DNA from: Spizellomyces punctatus DAOM BR117
Taxonomy: Eukaryota
Direction: 5' to 3' (one strand)
Assembly (NCBI GenBank): GCA_000182565.2
Contig: KQ257457.1
Length of the DNA stretch: 64,000 nucleotides
Part shown: in pieces, positions 62,201 to 64,000 of the stretch
Position numbering within the stretch: position 1 is the first letter of the stretch
Layout: each line of letters starts with the position of its first letter
Position numbers and translations under genes: made by a program
Notes under the pieces: model-generated
Database searches by the model: none
What the model saw: only the letters and a program-made list of their open reading frames with translations
What the model was told of the DNA's origin: nothing

Positions 62201-63771
62201 GCACGAAAAACCTAGCAGGGTATGAGTCCAAGATCGCTCCGAAATGGCTGGGACCAGTCACGGTGACCGACTGTAACCCTCTCCGCGACAACTACGAGTT
62301 AAAACTGCCAGACAAGATGAGACGACTTCATCCATGGTTTCACATATCGAAATTACGTCCGTACCAGAAGCCTGTCGACGCCGAAACTGAGGAAAAGGTC
62401 GCGGAAGCACAAGCGGAGGATTCCGACGCTTCAGATGGCGAGTTTGAAGTGGAAGCGATAGTAGACCATCGAACCAGGCGCGGAAAACGTCAATTTCGAA
62501 TACGTTGGTCCGGATACCCACCCCATGAGGATACCTGGGAACCAGAGGAAGCCCTAACAGAGGCTTCCGAAGCCTTAGAAGAGTACTGGAGATCCAGAGC
62601 TCCCACTAGCGCGCTAGTAGAGGACTCTTTGGTAGTCAGCCTTGCAGGCGACGCCCCGGAAGATACGGCTTATGCTTCCGACCACCAATGCTTCGCGGTT
62701 TATCCGGACGATAGCTCACGTGATAATCACGCCCTCTCACCAGAAAGAAAACCAGTTTCGCGTGGCTTACCTCACCAGTCGAGAACGCCACACCAAGCCT
62801 CCCGATCACGCTTACGCGCGTCCGAGCTGTCAAAATCAGCCGGCGACGACCTTAAAAGGACGCCCCTGCACGCTCCCCCTCTTTTTTCTTCTTCAACCGC
62901 CCACGACCTACTTCCCTTACACACTCACTCTGCTTCGCAAACCCCTTCTATCGACACCGAAACTAAAACTTCCATTTCTAACACAATGAACACCGATCTC
63001 AGAGGACAAGCAGGAGTGAGCGTACCCTCCACGTACATGTCCGGCTACCCTTGGGAGGAAGACTCGGGCGACTTCGAGGCCGAGGGCGTGCTGGATCGCC
63101 TTGGGGTTGCGATCGCTACCTGGGTTCACTCCTGGGTTCATCAGCTTCGGACCAACCCCAACGCGCCGCTGCAGACTCCAGGGCATGAGTTTTGGCTGGG
63201 AGTCGACGCTCCGAAACCTTACGCGGTGGGCCAGCCCCTCACAAACCACATCGCGGACCCCTACAGCAAGGCCACCGATGGTGGTGAAGCAGCGGTCGGA
63301 ATAGTTGCTGACGCGAAAAAACCCGGAAAAAGAGGGCGCCCAGCTCCGTGCGCCGCTTGGCTCGACCGCGGGGTTCCCCAACACGAGGCGGGAAGCCGAA
63401 AAACGGCTCCGTTCACCGATTGGCCGAACGACGACGCCCACGAGTTTGCGTCCGCCGTCATTGAAGCAGCTAGGACGGTGCTCCTAAGGACGGCGAACGC
63501 AGCGGAAGCCTCTGCAAGGCTCACCAGACCCCGACATCACGAGCACGCGGAGTACCATTTCCGCGCGACAAACCTGAAAAGGGCCGCGGAGACCTTTACG
63601 GCCCTCTACGTAACCAGAACTGGCCCCGACGTGACCCCGGGTACCATCGTTCGTACCGCAACAGATCAAATCTGGTTTTGTTGCAACGTCAGTGGCCGTG
63701 CCAGTATCATCTGGGTCGTGAACCAAGATGCAGATGAAGCGGACCCCACAGATCCGGTACCGACCTGGTAA
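56293..63771 (+). CDS. Gag-Pol polyprotein with extra domains
   Basis: Capsid (VPEFTG..IEEWL), CKFCQKKHWNVFC knuckle (57475-57513), protease VLDTGA (~58558), RT FVDD (59890), RNase H (HSDAS, ELEA, TDH, ADTLSR), integrase HHCC, DDE (TTDF, SDR, SERDN) and GPY/F-like KWLGP, chromodomain FEVEAIVDHR..IRWSGY..DTWEPE (~62440-62590). Confidence 0.97.
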   Translation: MMPVERSPTRGRSPVIQTRSQGPAEDVEVPPATRPRRSGTTSVEPEAPNLATMASEVAALKEDIARSTAATQLATQNLTEQLHRLSERQTAADERLARALEALAHRPLPEQPPIARATRERSATPWETADTPRERTEPSFSGAVPPIQVPAAPWASDTKIDSLKAKDVPEFTGRRNQDIEEWLNKVQLLQNISATSDARMVQLLPAMIAEKTPADAWFYTLEAQETRSWTWKRWKEELLREFRDPLTESKCKTEYVRCHANPKEFRSFLAFIDHKTHLRRLAYGDRANIECPADQHFDLIVEQLPSDIQIMVKSCNVTNLTKLKDFLRLYFGSDDTRKRDPCYSGAAEAQKKSQKTGTDKGPKQTAPHKTGNPEKGRDGPQKMVPDPNKEPPAPCKFCQKKHWNVFCWQNPNRKDPEDGKKGPYGAPMPSGWKPKQESKKAYIVELDSTSATTETLFSASELERTEAANQGFHTIGFFHSPKHSESTILMTAPLSKVTVTKEEDPRTPTQGWDRVWDNIAIIWGTPQVALMMGNNPRALSFFAKEPKRGAGHLGNDPYAVAWSSHHLYIAAAAEADKDRILRKVREDGTPRLILLAWIKLDEREKFLMWSSEDPVIFDAYANLQLVAFLLTGNIVRSDYYYRRGNPKFRHVKDHPRLQRHEESERTRIVMLAIEQVARQNKTTKPQNDKTREHFESVIKATEATINDIAPHFEIAVPSINAFYSVDLGDVLKSQTKTQMQPCWTLAVIAQLWAPVVLDTGACESLISDTYQGLLFSETDLQDAETMAFNGIGGRISSTKTVCLETSLRGRGGEYLTFRAYFRVIAYGKPLIILANDVLGHLKLQTLVQEPPLPSFAVTLKNPDILIPCSITDELDTDHMRGTPYKTKQGEFMKDVSMPRLTKAKAQKSRLTMLITGQTRVAAQTFLIENPLEATAASSTVPLGLKLSTATHNSVADPEENISKEEWQTLRNKWNLDSTERAPGAFEAQLKDAERFHVDLKRPKPVVWALINILRHFHQAFSYEGHLIGNYTKIPYAPRFISAPPPLSRPRSYSPLERTALETERDTMMGLQRWKRTTEVTFASDPVIIRYADKPPRVAFDYRRANDCMAWDPYPFPIMLDILNWIVAVPFRYISGGDANKGFYQIAITDASVRKWLALRLHDGIYEPLFMPFGPKTAPSHFCRVMDDTLGPSKWRNINNFVDDIHTRAETAAEALDAIADWLDRFSRAKLTLRLDKCQWLFHQLTALGFVASSQGLATDPDKVATIVDWPQPKFIGDLWSFVGLLGFYAQFISRYAELVRPLQDAIQEGVREYRDLKKGRADPKKGAEKLNSPSMLDTAVAPTITATGARFEVSQHPKSSSSDLPAVNLRQSSLADLPIDPFCVGRLARKRPDQGLRRFIAKREVSWTDSRNSAFAAAKQALTTAPVLAAPRKGFPYTLHSDASYTAFNVTLEQLQPDASKRPLCYHSRGTTTSEKKAPPVELEAGCLIWGLGKLRPYLEGLPFTVITDHRALLWLTKYKGENRKLLRWALDLSYWSEWMTIVHKPGHFHIVADTLSRLLGAETLLCSTATQIWVSKRGRRRLRTTPAALTPSSTLADAVFRLALQPALIAAIRAGLTGQLHPIAQQARTLLWETSPDTYTTADTRFLQDWQRADNLLWHRFSVSEDLWRLYVPPACTPEVRKLFHEGGGHFGFERTYARAAAQVWWPKMAQDFRKHCAGCETCQRSKRVPQLIPGLLKPIPPAPGRWTVITTDFVTKLPLTSRGYDAFWLIACKCSKRIHVWPLKSTATAIQVAELFIERYVPLHGIPETIISDRNSKFTSRFWQEVCKNLKINQELTTAYHPQGDGQSERDNATVLQVLTTMVNTRLDDWDTFLPVAEFIINDTVHEATKMTRFRMDLGYEPHNPLADIVERPSETRNADAEELCKHLGDLNILIRDLMIEAQDSQKRYYDLSRRHLEFRRGDKVLLSTKNLAGYESKIAPKWLGPVTVTDCNPLRDNYELKLPDKMRRLHPWFHISKLRPYQKPVDAETEEKVAEAQAEDSDASDGEFEVEAIVDHRTRRGKRQFRIRWSGYPPHEDTWEPEEALTEASEALEEYWRSRAPTSALVEDSLVVSLAGDAPEDTAYASDHQCFAVYPDDSSRDNHALSPERKPVSRGLPHQSRTPHQASRSRLRASELSKSAGDDLKRTPLHAPPLFSSSTAHDLLPLHTHSASQTPSIDTETKTSISNTMNTDLRGQAGVSVPSTYMSGYPWEEDSGDFEAEGVLDRLGVAIATWVHSWVHQLRTNPNAPLQTPGHEFWLGVDAPKPYAVGQPLTNHIADPYSKATDGGEAAVGIVADAKKPGKRGRPAPCAAWLDRGVPQHEAGSRKTAPFTDWPNDDAHEFASAVIEAARTVLLRTANAAEASARLTRPRHHEHAEYHFRATNLKRAAETFTALYVTRTGPDVTPGTIVRTATDQIWFCCNVSGRASIIWVVNQDADEADPTDPVPTW

Positions 63772-63818
63772 TTGACGTCCCAACACCCCCGCTCGGAGCG
63801 CCGGTGCGTTGGCTCTTC

Positions 63819-63828
63819 AAAGGGGGGA
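63819..63828 (+). promoter_or_regulatory. Polypurine tract
   Basis: AAAGGGGGGA immediately before the TG of the 3' LTR. Confidence 0.93.
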
Positions 63829-64000
63829 TGTAACGACGAGGACGTCTTCGAGAGATCGCGAGTAAGCCCAAATCGGACGCGGGAAGCACGAATCGCGTGA
63901 CCAACTCCACCGATTGGGTTACCGCGACCGAAAAAACCGGTTCGGAGAATGGCAATTGGCGCATTAGATTTCAGCGTGCCTCGTACAACCTGTGGAGGCC
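63829..64000 (+). repeat. 3' LTR (partial)
   Basis: Identical by eye to 55538-55709. Confidence 0.97.

Larger units (their letters stand above)
55538..64000 (+). mobile_element. Ty3/gypsy chromodomain LTR retrotransposon, apparently intact (3' LTR runs off the window)
   Basis: 5' LTR, PBS, single gag-pol ORF in PR-RT-RH-IN-chromo order, PPT and 3' LTR. Confidence 0.98.

Overview
Intron-rich eukaryotic DNA with short GT-AG introns and a gene content that looks like an early-diverging fungus, probably a chytrid (inference). Positions 1-53.5 kb are gene-dense and mostly housekeeping: a WSC-domain protein, a VAMP/synaptobrevin, a Uds1-type coiled-coil protein, RPL43, Nup205/Nup192, a PHO84-like transporter, an MFS transporter, a sulfatase, a VIT-vWA protein, tRNA-Thr(AGU), an alkaline ceramidase, Doa10/MARCH6 (spanning a 300-N gap), an SRA1/Sec31-C protein, a LIM protein, a DUF3533/SNG1-like protein, a PP2C and a Sel1-repeat protein. 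From about 53.8 kb the region is accessory: a transposon-like fragment, then an F-box/ankyrin gene cut by a young, apparently intact Ty3/gypsy chromodomain LTR retrotransposon (600-bp 5' LTR; the visible 172 bp of the 3' LTR are identical). The element's single ~2490-aa ORF is the most striking feature. Between the Gag zinc knuckle and the protease it carries a segment that follows, motif by motif, the DIRS-type Dam-like N6-adenine methyltransferase domain, but with both the SAM-binding and catalytic motifs erased. After the chromodomain it has an in-frame 261-aa orphan module preceded by promoter-like DNA. Other candidates: a structured RNA in an oversized Nup205 intron, a PBS compatible with both tRNA-Ala priming and self-priming, and Pho4-type boxes upstream of PHO84. 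All domain calls are by eye; no searches were run.
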